Positions 39,386 through 52,040 of a stretch of 64,000 bases of DNA are shown in pieces. The DNA comes from Octopus vulgaris. Lineage: Eukaryota. The stretch is from assembly GCA_951406725.2 (NCBI GenBank), contig CATOCA020000001.1, positions 7,068,001 to 7,132,000 of the forward strand, in the 5' to 3' direction. Below the pieces are notes generated by a model. The model did not search any database, was not told the origin of the DNA, and saw only the letters and a program-made list of their open reading frames with translations. Position 1 is the stretch's first letter; the number at the start of each line of letters is the position of its first letter. The position numbers and the translations under genes were made by a program.

Positions 39386-40809
39386 ATCAGCATAGAGGAG
39401 TTGCTAGGGTCTGCCTGTTTTATATTTATCTGTTATTACCTGAATGATTATGATACCAACAAAAGTCAAGTACATAGGTTTATACTTGGTTAGGTACTTC
39501 TCCTGGGGTTTCTTACCAGAAATATATCATGACTGGTGTTTCTTCCTGATACAAAACCAAATTGCATCTCATCTAGATTAAGTCTTTTCCGAATTAGTTG
39601 GGCTATGATCCTCTCCGTGATTTTCATCATCTGAAGAAATTAGTGCCATTGCAAGCACTTTATTTTTAAAGCACACATCAGGCATATGTTAACATATTAA
39701 CAATGAGAAAGCGCTCTAATCGATGTCTACCTATATACATACATATATGCAGGGTAGCCATGTACTTTCTCTACAGCAACACACCTCTGCCTGTCTCTCT
39801 ATCATACTACAGGTTAGGATGAAGCCACCTCTCTCACTACTAGCAGTCCACTCATCCTTGAAATTTACTTTTTAATTTTACTTGTGTCAGTGTTACCAAA
39901 ACTTTTCTCAGACATAGAAACCATGTGAAAACAGACATTAGATGTACGTGTAGTAATTCATTTCAGATATTGTGAAATAACAAAAAATGACAACATGAAA
40001 AACGAATGTTAAATGATGATGACACACATACACGTTAATTGTATTTCTTATATTAATTTCAATAATTAATTTGTTTCTATTTATAAATAAAAACAATTGA
40101 TTTCGCATGAGAATGATTAGTTTGATGACTTGTGGAAGCAATGTACTGTGTAAATGTAAGGACAACTGTATTTATTAAACAAGTGTATTTCATGATTCGA
40201 CACTTAGATAAAACTTGACTTTTAAATGTTGGTTGATATTTTGCTTGTTGTTTGCATATCATGCCTTGTATTATAGATCCCAAATGGCCAAAGGTAAGTG
40301 GTCTTTCTTATTTTGGTGTGGGTTTGCTGTTAGGATTGGTTTTCAGAGTTTAGTCTATATTAGGGTCAGCTTGGGGGTTTGTGAAGGGTTTTTTGAGAGA
40401 ATAGTCAGGTAAGAGATCAAAGTTTGAACTAGGGGTTAGGATTTGGGGTGATGAGGAGGGTAGGGATTGAACAGGTTTATTTCGAGTGTAGATTACTCTC
40501 TTATATCGGGTTTAGCATTGAAAAGCAGGAATCACGCCTCATCCCCTACCACAATAGGAAAAATATAACCACGTTCTTCTATTGTTAACCATCATTCACA
40601 GTACATGCTGGTGTCACCGTAGCTTAGCGGATCGTCAAAGGAGACCGATAGAATAAATAGTAGGCTTACAAAGAATATGTCCTGGGGTCGATTTGCTCGA
40701 TAAAAGGTGTTGCTCAAGCACGGACACAATCGAAAGAATGAAACAAGTCTTTATTATAATATTCAAGGGAAGTAACTCTAGAAGATATTTTCCAGTTATC
40801 TCCCTTAAA

Positions 40810-42232
40810 TTTGTCGACAGAATAAACACTATATTTCGTTTTGGGATTTGGTTTGCAAGATTCTTTATATGAGTTCGTGTGTTGAAGCATATTCTGTTGT
40901 GTCTGGGGAGGGTCATTCTCTTTTAGTGCATTATTATTTAACACACTCAACGGTAAAATTTCCACTCGTTTCCTTCTTTATTTTTCCAAAATTTTCGTTG
41001 CGTCTTCTCAACATTTTCAAGAGTCGTTGACTCTGTCCATTATTTATACTGCGTTCCCTTTTGTTTGTTTGTGCGCATGTGTGTGTGTGTGACTATACAT
41101 GCATGTACGTATGTATGTGTGTGTTTGCATGTGTATGTATGTATATGTGTGTGTGTATGCATATGTATATATATATGTATGTGTGTGCATCTGTATGTAC
41201 GTATCCTGCATATTTATGCTCTTGTATGTCTGTGTTTGTGTATTTTCTATGTATGTGTGTGTGAGCATGTGTTTGTATATGTATGCACCTCTGTCTCCTT
41301 GTGTGTGTGTTATGCAACTATGTACCATGCTTGTATGTATGGATGTGCATCTTTATATGTGTCTCCATATGTGTCTGTTCATGTAACCCTTGTACCTATC
41401 CGTCTGTATGTTGATCTGTTTATTTACATATTTATATGCTTACATACATAAATTAAAAAAAATATAAGTAAATAAAAATTAAAAAAATATAAAAATTAAG
41501 AAATATAAAAATATAACAAAAAACAAACAAAAATTAATAATGATAAAAAAAAGGCATATACACTCACACCCACATACATACATTTATGTACCTAACAGTC
41601 TACTCTACCTTTGTAAACTGTGGGTATGGAGGTATGGTATTTATTGTGTATATTTCCTATTTAATATTGGAGAGGTTTCATTTATAAGGACGTACTCCCG
41701 TATTTGTCTGAGTGTTGGGTCTTTTGTGTGCTTGGATAAGATGCGGATGTCAAGTTGACCCAAATTACCTCCATGGTGGTCTTTGGCATGTTAGTGGAGC
41801 ATAGAGGACTGTTTTCTGTCGTCAATTTGTCTTAGATGTTCATTTATCCGTTCCGCAATGCTCTTAGACGTCTCCCCTATGTACATCATGTCCATGTCCT
41901 TACAAGTACCTTCTATGCATCTTATACTGTAAACTACATTTCGAGTTCTACAGTTAATACCAGGGCTAATTCTACATACCATGCAGTTATCATTGGTGCA
42001 TAAGGTATTCTTAAACGGGTACATCCTACATAGATGTGACCTGACGGACTTCCCTGGCTTTTCAACAATCTTAATGTAGAGTTTGGTCTCTTTCAGAGCT
42101 TTTCTAAATCTAAGGGCTAGTTCTCCATGGGCTGTGGCCTCTACTAATATCACTCCTTGAATTTTTACCAGTGAGTGTGTTAAATAATAAGGCACTAAAA
42201 GAGAACGACTCTCCCCAGACACAACAGAATAT
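40810..42232 (-). mobile_element. Penelope-like (Neptune-type) element 3' part with inverted tail
   Basis: GIY-YIG region 41641-42160; microsatellite-rich UTR; 42160-42232 is an inverted copy of about 40889-40960. Confidence 0.8.
41641..42160 (-). pseudogene. PLE linker zinc knuckle and GIY-YIG endonuclease with one in-frame stop
   Basis: CTNDNCMVC...NCRTRNVVYSIRC...YIGETSKSIAERINEH, continuing past TAA as HAKDHHGG...PTLRQIRE...ILNRK. Confidence 0.88.
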
Positions 42233-42469
42233 ACACTGTTTTCGCTAATTACTCTTTCACTCGCTTTTGCTATTTTCAGTTATTTGACTGCGGCCATGTT
42301 GGAGCACCGCCTTCAGTCGAGCAAACAGAGCACAGGACCTATTCTTTATATGCCTAGTACTTAATGTATGGGTCTCTTTTGCCGAACCGTTCAGTTACGC
42401 GGGCGTGAAAATAGTAGCATCGTTTGTCAAGCGATGCTCGAAGGATAAAGAGGCATACAAACGTATATG

Positions 42470-42530
<61 letters not shown>

Positions 42531-42689
42531 CGGGCTTCTTTTAGTTTCCGTCTACGAAATCTATAGTTGAAGACACTTGCCCAATGTGCCACGCAGTGGT
42601 GGGACTGAACCCAGAACACTACGGTTCGTAAGCAAGCTACTTATCACAAAGCCGCTTCTACGCCTAGCAATATATATATGTATATATAT

Positions 42690-42900
42690 AACGAAGCCTG
42701 CAACAACTCAACTTCTATAGTCATAAATATTCCACACAAGAGATATCTCAGAATGAGACCAATTGTAGCCAGTCCAGGTACATAGATAAGGGGGTTACTG
42801 TGTGGTTAGCACATCCAGTTGGAATCTCAGTACCCTCTACCCCAGTATGAAAATTAGTTTTATCCACTTTTAAAATAATATATTTTCTCCATCTGCAAAT
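42690..42900 (+). mobile_element. PLE reverse transcriptase fragment
   Basis: INIPHKRYLRMRPIVASPGT; inverted homolog of 44247-44436. Confidence 0.6.
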
Positions 42901-43015
42901 GTGGGTATCTTAGAGATGGTCAAATTGTTTGTTGTAGCTGTAATTGTCGCACACACACAAACAAATAAAAACACTCAGTCGCTCTCACACACACGTACAC
43001 ACAGAAATAAAAACA

Positions 43016-43103
<88 letters not shown>

Positions 43104-43109
43104 CTGAAA

Positions 43110-43581
43110 TGTAAATAGAGAAATAAAAAGAAGGAAAAGAACATTGTGACATAAACTGTAATCTCTTGAAATGTAAAAAGAATTGTTGAAGAGAAGAGAA
43201 AGACTTTAATTTGGACTGTTTTCGAACTTTGTATTGTGTTGAACATTTGTTCTGATTGTTTCCGGATGTTGTGTTATGTTGAAATGCATTGTTTGATTTT
43301 CTTTTGCGATTTGTTAAATGTTTTTCTTTAAATGTATCTAAATTGTTTTACGTTTTAATTGATGTTGTAAGAAATTGTATAAACTGTTGTTAAATGTAAG
43401 CAACTGCCTTCCGCTGTTTCTCTCTCTTCCTGTTGTTGTTGTTGTCTCCGGTCACCAGTCTGTGTTCGCTGCCATCCTCCACCGCTTGCTGGGATAAATT
43501 TCCGATTTGACTGAGCGTGGTCGTCGTCGTCGCTCGACTTAGGGTCCCGAGTTCGAGTTGAGCGACGGCAAGTTCGTAACA
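43110..43581. mobile_element. Probable solo LTR
   Basis: TGTAA...TAACA ends and a CpG-rich portion; no clear TSD. Confidence 0.4.
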
Positions 43582-43692
43582 ATATATATATATATAATTA
43601 TATACATAAATACATGCTGTGTGTTTGCAGTACTGTGTATATGTATGCGTGTGTGTGAGTGTTTTAAAATCTGTGTGTATGTGTGTTTCTAC

Positions 43693-43738
<46 letters not shown>

Positions 43739-44246
43739 GTTAATATGTCTGTTTATCCATCGAACATAACGTCACCGTAACTTAGCGGTTCTGCAAAAGA
43801 AACCTATTGAATACCTACTAGGCATACAAAGTCCTGGGGTCGATTTGTTCGACGAAAGGCGGTGCTCCAGCATGGCGGCAGTGAAATAACGTGTAACAGA
43901 GCGACAAAGTGTATATTACGAAAAGTACAAATTTAGGGGAGATAACTACAAAATATCTTATAGAGTTACTTCCCTTGCATATAAATACTAAACACACCAG
44001 TATCAGTTGTGAAGCGGTTTTGCTGACACAGAAACATACACACACACATACATACATATATATATATTCATATATTCGACGGGATTTCTTCTATTTCTAT
44101 CTACCAAAACACTCAGAAACTTTGGTCTGTCCGAGGCTATATCAGAAGACACTTACCGATGGTCCAACGTAGTGGGACAGAACCAAAAGCCACGTGGTTG
44201 GGCAGCAAGCTACATTCCACACAGCCACTCTTACGCCTTATACTTT

Positions 44247-44600
44247 TCTCAGATGGCGACAATGTATTAATTTCACAAGTGGATAAAAGAAATTCTCATA
44301 CTGGCGTGGAGGGGGCTGATTTTCTACCTGCGAGTGTTAAGCACCCGATGAACCCCGTATCTACATAATTGGATCGGCCATGATTGGTCTCATTCGGAGG
44401 TCTCTCGGGTGTGGAATATTTATGACTATAGAAGTTAATTTGTTTATAAGAATTCGTTTATGACCTAACTTTTGTAGATTTTGGGAAGTCCACAGGTGTT
44501 ACTGGCTTTGCAGTCAAATCTAGTCAAGTAATTTGTCTCCTTTTTTGTCAAATCTTGTTGGAACTGGTGGATAAGAGTAGATAGTTTGGTCATTATCTTC
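44247..44600 (-). mobile_element. PLE reverse transcriptase fragment
   Basis: LTKKETNYLTRFDCKASNTCGLPKIYKS...PRDLRMRPIMADP, matching the PLE YGLPKIHK...RPIV motif. Confidence 0.78.
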
Positions 44601-44639
44601 AATTGACTGTAGTTGTTAGGGTTAGGGTTAGATTTTTCA

Positions 44640-44766
44640 AGCGATGCTGGTGTGTTTTCCTCCCTGTATTTTAGCGGTTCGGGGAAAGAGAATAAGTTAG
44701 AATAAATACTAGGCTTACAAAGAATAAGTGCTGCGGACGATGTGCTCGACTAAAGGCGGCGCTCCA

Positions 44767-44811
<45 letters not shown>

Positions 44812-45354
44812 TATACATGTATATACCCACACACGCATATATACTATCTAAAACAAAAAAGAAACTTGATTATGTCCGAAGGGTAGTACTAGAATATTAT
44901 TACTTTATATATTTGTGGTGTGTAATGAAATGTAAATGATGAGATAGTCAATGTTTATTTGTTAAAGGTACCAGCAGATTACTTGGATGTGTATGTGTGT
45001 CTGTTGGTACGCGCATTCTCGTGTCCCCTTTCGCAAGCGAAAAATGAATGCACCTTTTACAGAAATTACACGAAACGTATTATATGACGTTAGGGAAGTA
45101 ACTGTAAGAGATATTTTCTGTCATCTCCCTACTGAACAGGTCATAGACATTTGTCACTATTTACTCTTATACTCTCATTTACTTGTTTCAGTCATTTGAC
45201 TGTGGCCATATTGGAGCACCACCTTTTGTCGAGCATATCGACCCCAGGACTTATTCTTTGTAGGCCTAGTACTTATTCTATCAGTCTCTTTCGCTGAACA
45301 TCTAAGTTACAGACTAGCTTTAGTTGTGAAGCGATGTTTGGGGACAAACACAGA

Positions 45355-45434
<80 letters not shown>

Positions 45435-45785
45435 AACATATATACGACTGGATTATTTCAGTTTCCTCCCACCAAATCACAAGGCTTTGTTCGGCCCGGG
45501 TCTCAAGTAGAAGACATTTGCACAAGATGCCAAACAGTTGGAATAAACCCGAACATATATGTTACGTAAGTAGACTACTTAGCACACAGCCATTCCTGCG
45601 CCTATATTCATATATGCGACGGACTTCTTTCAGTTTGCGTCTACGAACGCCACTCAGAAGCTTTTGGTCGGCTCGAGGCTATAGTTGAATACACTCGACG
45701 AAGGTGTCACGCGGTGGGACTTAACCTAGCACATTGCGGTTCTTAAGGAAACTACTTACCACACGGCCACTCCTACGCCTATCAC

Positions 45786-45866
<81 letters not shown>

Positions 45867-46303
45867 GTATATAAAAGCACAGTCGCAAACACAGCCGCAC
45901 ATACAGAAATGGAAACACACACATAGAAATCAAAGCTCATACTTACATTCGCTTCTGGCAAAAATGTATTTAAACTGACTGCACTTAAATATAAAAATTC
46001 ACCTCCAATCAAGGAGTAACTCTTGCTATATTCCTTACTGACAAGAGTCACGTCCCTTGAATGATACTAACACAATTTAATATTAGGAATTGTAAATAAT
46101 ATGCTCTAAGGGATATATGCAGAGTTGCCTCCCTTCCAATTACGTAATATTAGAAGTGGTTAAAGGAAAGGATTTTCCTCATATCTCTCGGAAACTGTAA
46201 GGGATGGAACGGGTGTTCTTTCCGTTTTATTAAGAGAACTTGCATCTGTATGAGTGATAGTACGTGAGTGCATTCTCGTGTGCCCTTCGAGTGCGAACAC
46301 ACA

Positions 46304-46340
<37 letters not shown>

Positions 46341-47310
46341 ATATGTTTAAACATATACACGATGGGATTCCTCCCCCCAAATCCAATCACAAGGATTTAG
46401 TCGACCCTGGGCTACAGTAGAAGACAATTGCAGAAGATGACAGGCAGTGGGAATGAACCCAAAACCATGTGGTTCGTAAGCAAACTACTTACCACATAGC
46501 CATTCCTACGACAGACTTCTTTCAGTTTCCGTTTATCAACTCCACTCAGAATACTTTGGTAGGCTCGAGGTTATTGTTGAATACACTTGCCGAAGGTGCC
46601 ACGCTGTTCGTGAGCAATCACTCTCACTCACAATCACTCGCGCGCAAACAGACACAGAATTGAAAGCACACACACCCGTATTAGCTGACCCAGACACTCA
46701 TACAATTTCTTCAGAAAGTCATGATTTTAAGGTCAACATATTTAAAACATAAATAGCTACGAGTTTGCATGTATCTCTGTGCCTGAGTGCGGAAGTGTGG
46801 GTATTTGTGTGTGTGTGAGCACAGTCCACACACACATCCAAGGTAGTCGCATCGGCTAATGTGACCCAACCGCGAAAGTCTGTTTCACCCACGAGACTTC
46901 CGGACCCCATTAATGGACTCATTTGCATACAACCAATCAGAGCTCACCTTGAACTTGTCAGTTTAACAAACATGATTCTCTGTATGGGAAGTAGCTTGGT
47001 TACCAACCACATGGTTCCGGGTTCAGTCCCACTGCGTGGTACCTTATGCAAGTGTTTTCTACTATAGCCTCGTGCCGACCAAAGCCTTGTGAGTGGGTTT
47101 GTAGACGGAAACTGAAAGAAGACTGCATGCATATGTAAATATATAGTCGTAGAAGTGCTTTGTGGTAAGTATATTGCTTACCAAAGACATGGTTTCTGGT
47201 TCAGTCCCACTACGTGGCACCAATGGCAAGTCTTCTGCTATAGCCTCGGACAGACCAAAGCTTTGTGAGTGGATTTGGTAGACGGAAACAGAAAGAAGCC
47301 CTTCGTATAT
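44640..47310. mobile_element. Dense cluster of tRNA-SINE heads and tails with microsatellites
   Basis: Repeated GGTTCAGTCCCACTGCGTGG heads and GGCGGTGCTCCAGCATGG tails on both strands. Confidence 0.8.
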
Positions 47311-47501
47311 ATATATGAATATATATATATATATATATATATAACGGGAAGCTTTATGAAAATAGACAAAAGACGAAGGCAGGTGGAATACAAACAAACA
47401 ATTGTATTAGTATGGCGCTCAGGAAATATAAATATGTCCGAGGCTATTGCAGAAGACTTGCCATTGGTGCCACGTAGTGGGACTGAACCAGAAACCATGT
47501 C

Positions 47502-48168
47502 TTTAAACATAGTAAATAGGGTAATAAAATAAATTATTATTACCAGTGATCTAGCACAAAAGACAAATTAGTCATTAGACTATATGTTATTCATATATAA
47601 GTACATTAAAAGGCTCCTAAATAAAGAAGCAAGTACTAGATACACAAAAAGGGGGATAAATTCAAGAAATGCAATGAAAATCAAAAACGTTTACCAACTC
47701 AGCTAATCTTGTACTGCAGTTTCGTCTTTTTTTTAGTAAATGAATATAATTTATCTGCCAAGGCTAGACTCATCAGCAAGCAGCCTTTGTAATCCGAGAA
47801 GTACATATCATTAGAAGCACGTGCAAATCTAACGACCTGTATACCCTAACTTTTCAGACCAGTGCTCTGACGCAAATCATACCCGGCGAACAGAGAGCAT
47901 GCCGGTAGAAAGTCCACGAGCAAATTTGTCGAACTATATTTAAACATAGTAAATAGGGTAATAAAATAATTTATTATTACCAGGGATCAAGCACAAAAGA
48001 TGAGTCTAGCCTTGGCAGATAAATTCTATTCATTTACTAAAAAAAAGACGAAACTGCAGTACAAGATTAGCTGAGTTGGTAAACGTTTTTGATTTTCATT
48101 GCATTTCTTGAATTTATCCCCCTTTTTGTGTATCTAGTACTTGCTTCTTTATTTAGGAGCCTTTTAAT

Positions 48169-48172
<4 letters not shown>
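47502..48172 (-). mobile_element. Retrozyme/Penelope-type non-coding element: 437-bp unit, terminal redundancy and inverted partial copy
   Basis: Direct repeat 47502-47573 and 47939-48000; 47999-48172 is the reverse complement of about 47600-47774. Confidence 0.85.
47708..47780 (-). ncRNA. Type I hammerhead ribozyme
   Basis: Minus strand: CTTG CTGATGA GTC...GAC GAAA CTGCAG TA CAAG; all core positions canonical, GUA triplet. Confidence 0.9.
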
Positions 48173-48218
<46 letters not shown>

Positions 48219-48260
48219 TAGATAGATAGATATAGACATAGATATATATAGAGGTATATT

Positions 48261-48306
<46 letters not shown>

Positions 48307-48782
48307 TATACTGATATATAGCTAGATATAGATATATATAGAGAGACATGTATGTATATACATATATATATTTATATATATATGTATATGTGTGTATGTT
48401 TCTGTGTCCCCAAAACCGCTTGACAACCGATGCTGGTGTTTTTACGCTCCATTAACTTAGCCGTTCGGGAAAAGAAGACCAAGAGAATAAATACTAGGCT
48501 GACATAGAATAAGTCCTGGTGTCGATTTGCTCCAGAAAAGGCTGCGCTCCAGCATGGGCACAGTGAAATGACCAAACAAGGAAAAGAGTAAAAGTGTATG
48601 GGTCATGTTTGACTTTATATATTCTAGAGTTACTTCCCTTCATATAATTTAATAATAGTAATAACGTAATAACTTAAGGGAAGTAACTCTGGAATATTTT
48701 GTAGTTATCTCCCTTTCTAAAGTTACTTCCCTTGCCTGTTATTTTATTATATGCAAGGGAAGTAGCTTTGAAAGTTATTTTG

Positions 48783-49878
48783 TGGTTGGGGTTATGGTTA
48801 CGGTTTTGGGTTAGGGTTTAGTGGTTGCGGTAGGGGTTAGGGTTAGGGGTTTGGGTTAGGGTTAGGGGTTAGGGGTTAAGGGTTGCGGTAGGGGTTAGGG
48901 TTTGGGGTTAGGGTTACGGTTTTGGGTTAGGGTTTAGTGGTTGCGGTAGGGGTTAGGGTTAGGGGTTTGGGTTGGGGTTGGGTTGGGGGTTAGGGGTAGG
49001 GGGTAGGGTAGGGGTTAGGGTTGGGTTGGGGTTGGGGTTGGCGTTGGGGTAGGGGTTAGGGTTAGGGGTTAGGGGTTGGGGTAGGGGTTAGGGTTGGGGT
49101 TGGGTTGGGGTTGGGTTGGGGTTGGGGTTGGGGTTGAGGTTAGGTGTTAGGGTTTAGGGTATGGGTTATGGTTAGGGTTTAGGGTTAGGTGTTAGGGGTT
49201 AGGGGTTAGGGTTAGGGTTAGGGGTTAATGGTTAGGGTTAGGGTTGGGGTTAGGGTTTAGGATTATGGTTGGAGTCTTGTTAGGTGTTATGGTTAGGGTT
49301 GTGGTTGGGGTTGCGTTGGGGTTAGGGTTAGGGGTTATGGTTAGGGGTTATGGTTAGGGGTTATGGTTAGGAGTTAGGGTTAGGGGTGGTTAGGGTTAGG
49401 GTTAGGGTTAGGGTTAGGGTTTGGGGTTTGGGGCAGGGGTTAGGGTTAGGGGTTAGGGTTAGGGTTAGGGTTAGCGGTTAGGGTTTAGGGTTTGGGGTTA
49501 GGGGTTAGGGTTAGGGGTAAGGATTAGGGGTTTAGGGGTTAGGGGTTAGGGTTAGTGTTAGTGTTAAGGGGTAGGGTTAGGGGTGAGGAGTTAGGCTTAG
49601 TGGTTAAGGTTAGGGGTTAGGGTTAGGTTTAGGGGTTAGGGGTTAGGGTCAGGGTTTGGGTTAGGGTTAGAGTTAGGGTTAGGGTTAGGGGTTAGGGGTT
49701 AGGGTTAGGGGTTATGGGTTAGGGGTTAGGGGTAGGTTTAGGGTTAGGGGTTGGGTTGGGGTTAGAGGTTAGGGTTAGGCTTAGGGGTTAGGGTTAGGGT
49801 GTCGGGTTAGGGATTAGGGTTAGGGTTAGGGGTTAGGTGTTAGGGTTTAGGGTTAGGGGTTAGGGGTTAGGGATATGG

Positions 49879-49909
<31 letters not shown>

Positions 49910-50582
49910 GTTAGGATTAGGGGTTAGGGTTAGGGTTAGGGGTTAGGGTTAGTGTTAGTGTTAGGGGTTAGGGGTCAGGGTTAGGGTTAGGGGTTAGGGT
50001 TAGGGGTTAGGGTTAGGGTTAGGGTTAGGGTTAGGGTTAGGTTTAGGGGTTAGGCGTTAGGGTTAGGGTTAGGGTTAGGGTTAGGGTTAGGGTTACGGTT
50101 AGGGTTAGGGGTTAGGGTTAGGGGTTAGGGTTAGGGTTAGGGGTTAGAGGTAGGTTTAGGGTTAGGGGTTGGGTTGGGGTTAGAGGCTAGGGTTAGGTTT
50201 AGGGATTAGGGTTAGGGTTAGGGTTAGGGATTAGGGATTAGGCGTTAGGGGTTAGGTGTTAGGGTTTAGGGTTAGGGGTTAGGGGTTAGGGATATGGTTA
50301 GGAGTTAGAGGTTAGGGGTTGGGGTTAGCGTTTAGGGTTAGGGTTAGGGATTAGGGGTCAGGTGTTAGGGTTAGGGGTTAGGGGTTAGGGGATAGGGGTT
50401 AGGGTTATGGGTTAGGGTTAATGTTAGGAGTTAGGGTCAGGGTAAGGTTTAGGGGTTAGGTGTTAGGGATAGGGTTAGGGTTTGGATTAGGGCTAGGGTT
50501 AGGGTAAGGGGTTAGGGTTATGGTTAGGGTAAGGGGTTAGGGTTAGCAGTTAGGGTTAGGGGCTAGGGTTAAGGGTTAGGCT
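48783..50582 (+). repeat. Interstitial telomere-like array 2 (TTAGGG, TTAGGGG, TTGGGG)
   Basis: About 1.8 kb, heavily variant. Confidence 0.95.
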
Positions 50583-50942
50583 AGATGAAAGACTGACTGA
50601 TAGACAGACTGAGAGACAGGCTGACAGACAGGAAGATAGATAGGTAGACAGATAGATAGGTAAATAGGCAGAGTGACAGACATATATAAATATATAGAAA
50701 GAGAGAGAGAGAGAGAGAGAGATGGGGGTGGGGTGGAAGATGAGTTGATAAAGTTAAAGAAGAGACATGGTAACTTCAAAGAAAATAATTGATAAAGCAG
50801 CAAGTTCTGAAGGAAAGCAACATTCAAGATAATTGCAATATTGGTCTGGGATCATCTTGAGATTATTGCTCCGTTAATGCCAGATAGAGATATAACTGTT
50901 ACTGCATTCAACCCATCTATTTGAAATGTGTTCTCAAATTAT

Positions 50943-50988
<46 letters not shown>

Positions 50989-51024
50989 TCACACACACAC
51001 ACGCACACACACGCACTCACTCAT

Positions 51025-51056
<32 letters not shown>

Positions 51057-51059
51057 GCA

Positions 51060-51095
<36 letters not shown>

Positions 51096-51710
51096 GACTT
51101 GTATGTATTAAAAATGATTTTCAAGGCATTGTTCTATTTTAGAACTATGACTTGTTTTGTTACATAGTGTATCTATAAAGGAAGCCATGGCGATTTTGTT
51201 CTCTCAGCCTATCTGTAAAATTCGAAATCAAATATCAAAGTATAGAACGCTTGTTAAATAGATTAGATGCAATAAAGTATTTGTTATATACACATATAAG
51301 AAAGTGTAATTACAGAAATGAGCTTGTGTTTATATCATGTGGTTATTCAAAAGAAATGGAGTCTATGCTAGAATTGAAGTATATTTCCCATTGTGGTTTT
51401 GCAAGACAGTTCAACTTAGCTTAGCTGGCGTATTTGGAAAAAAATGCCTTACGACACACGAAGAGTTCGATGCTGTTGTGGCGGTGCTCAGAAGCCGAAA
51501 GGCTAATTGACTGGCGGTCACGTGAGAGAAGAGAGAGAAAAAAGGGGCAAAGGAATCAAAGAAAGAGAAGAGGGACAAAGGCACCAAAGGGGATATATAT
51601 ATCATCATCATGATCATCATCGTTTAAAACGGGTTGGACGGTTTGACCAGGGTCTGGGAAGCCAGGAGGCTGTGCCAGCTCCAGGACAAAGGCCCTTCCT
51701 AACCAAAGGG

Positions 51711-51754
<44 letters not shown>

Positions 51755-51757
<3 letters not shown>

Positions 51758-52040
51758 TCATCATCATCATCATCGTTTAACGTCGGTTTTCCGTGCTAGC
51801 ACGGGTTGGACGGTTTGACCAGGGTCTGGGAAGCCAGGAGGCTGTGCCAGGCTCCAGTCTGATCTGGCAGTGTTTCTACAGCTGGATGCCCTTCCTAACG
51901 CCAACCACTCCGAGAGTGTAGTGGGTGCTTTTTCGTGCCACCGACACAGATGCCAGGGGAGGCTGGCAGCGGCCACGATCGGTTGGTGCTTTTTACGTGC
52001 CACCGGCATAGGTATCACAGCTGCTGTTCCATTTATTTTG
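51755..52040 (-). mobile_element. RTE-tail SINE
   Basis: (CAT)n CGTTTAACGTC...GGATGCCCTTCCTAACGCCAACCACTCC. Confidence 0.85.

Noticed and set aside
41044-41451. His/Thr and Val/Cys/Tyr-rich ORFs here and at other microsatellites
   Set aside because: Products of (CA)n, (TA)n and (TATG)n repeats.
51480-51850. Garbled duplication of the SINE end and purine-rich filler
   Set aside because: Looks like a low-quality read consensus rather than biology.
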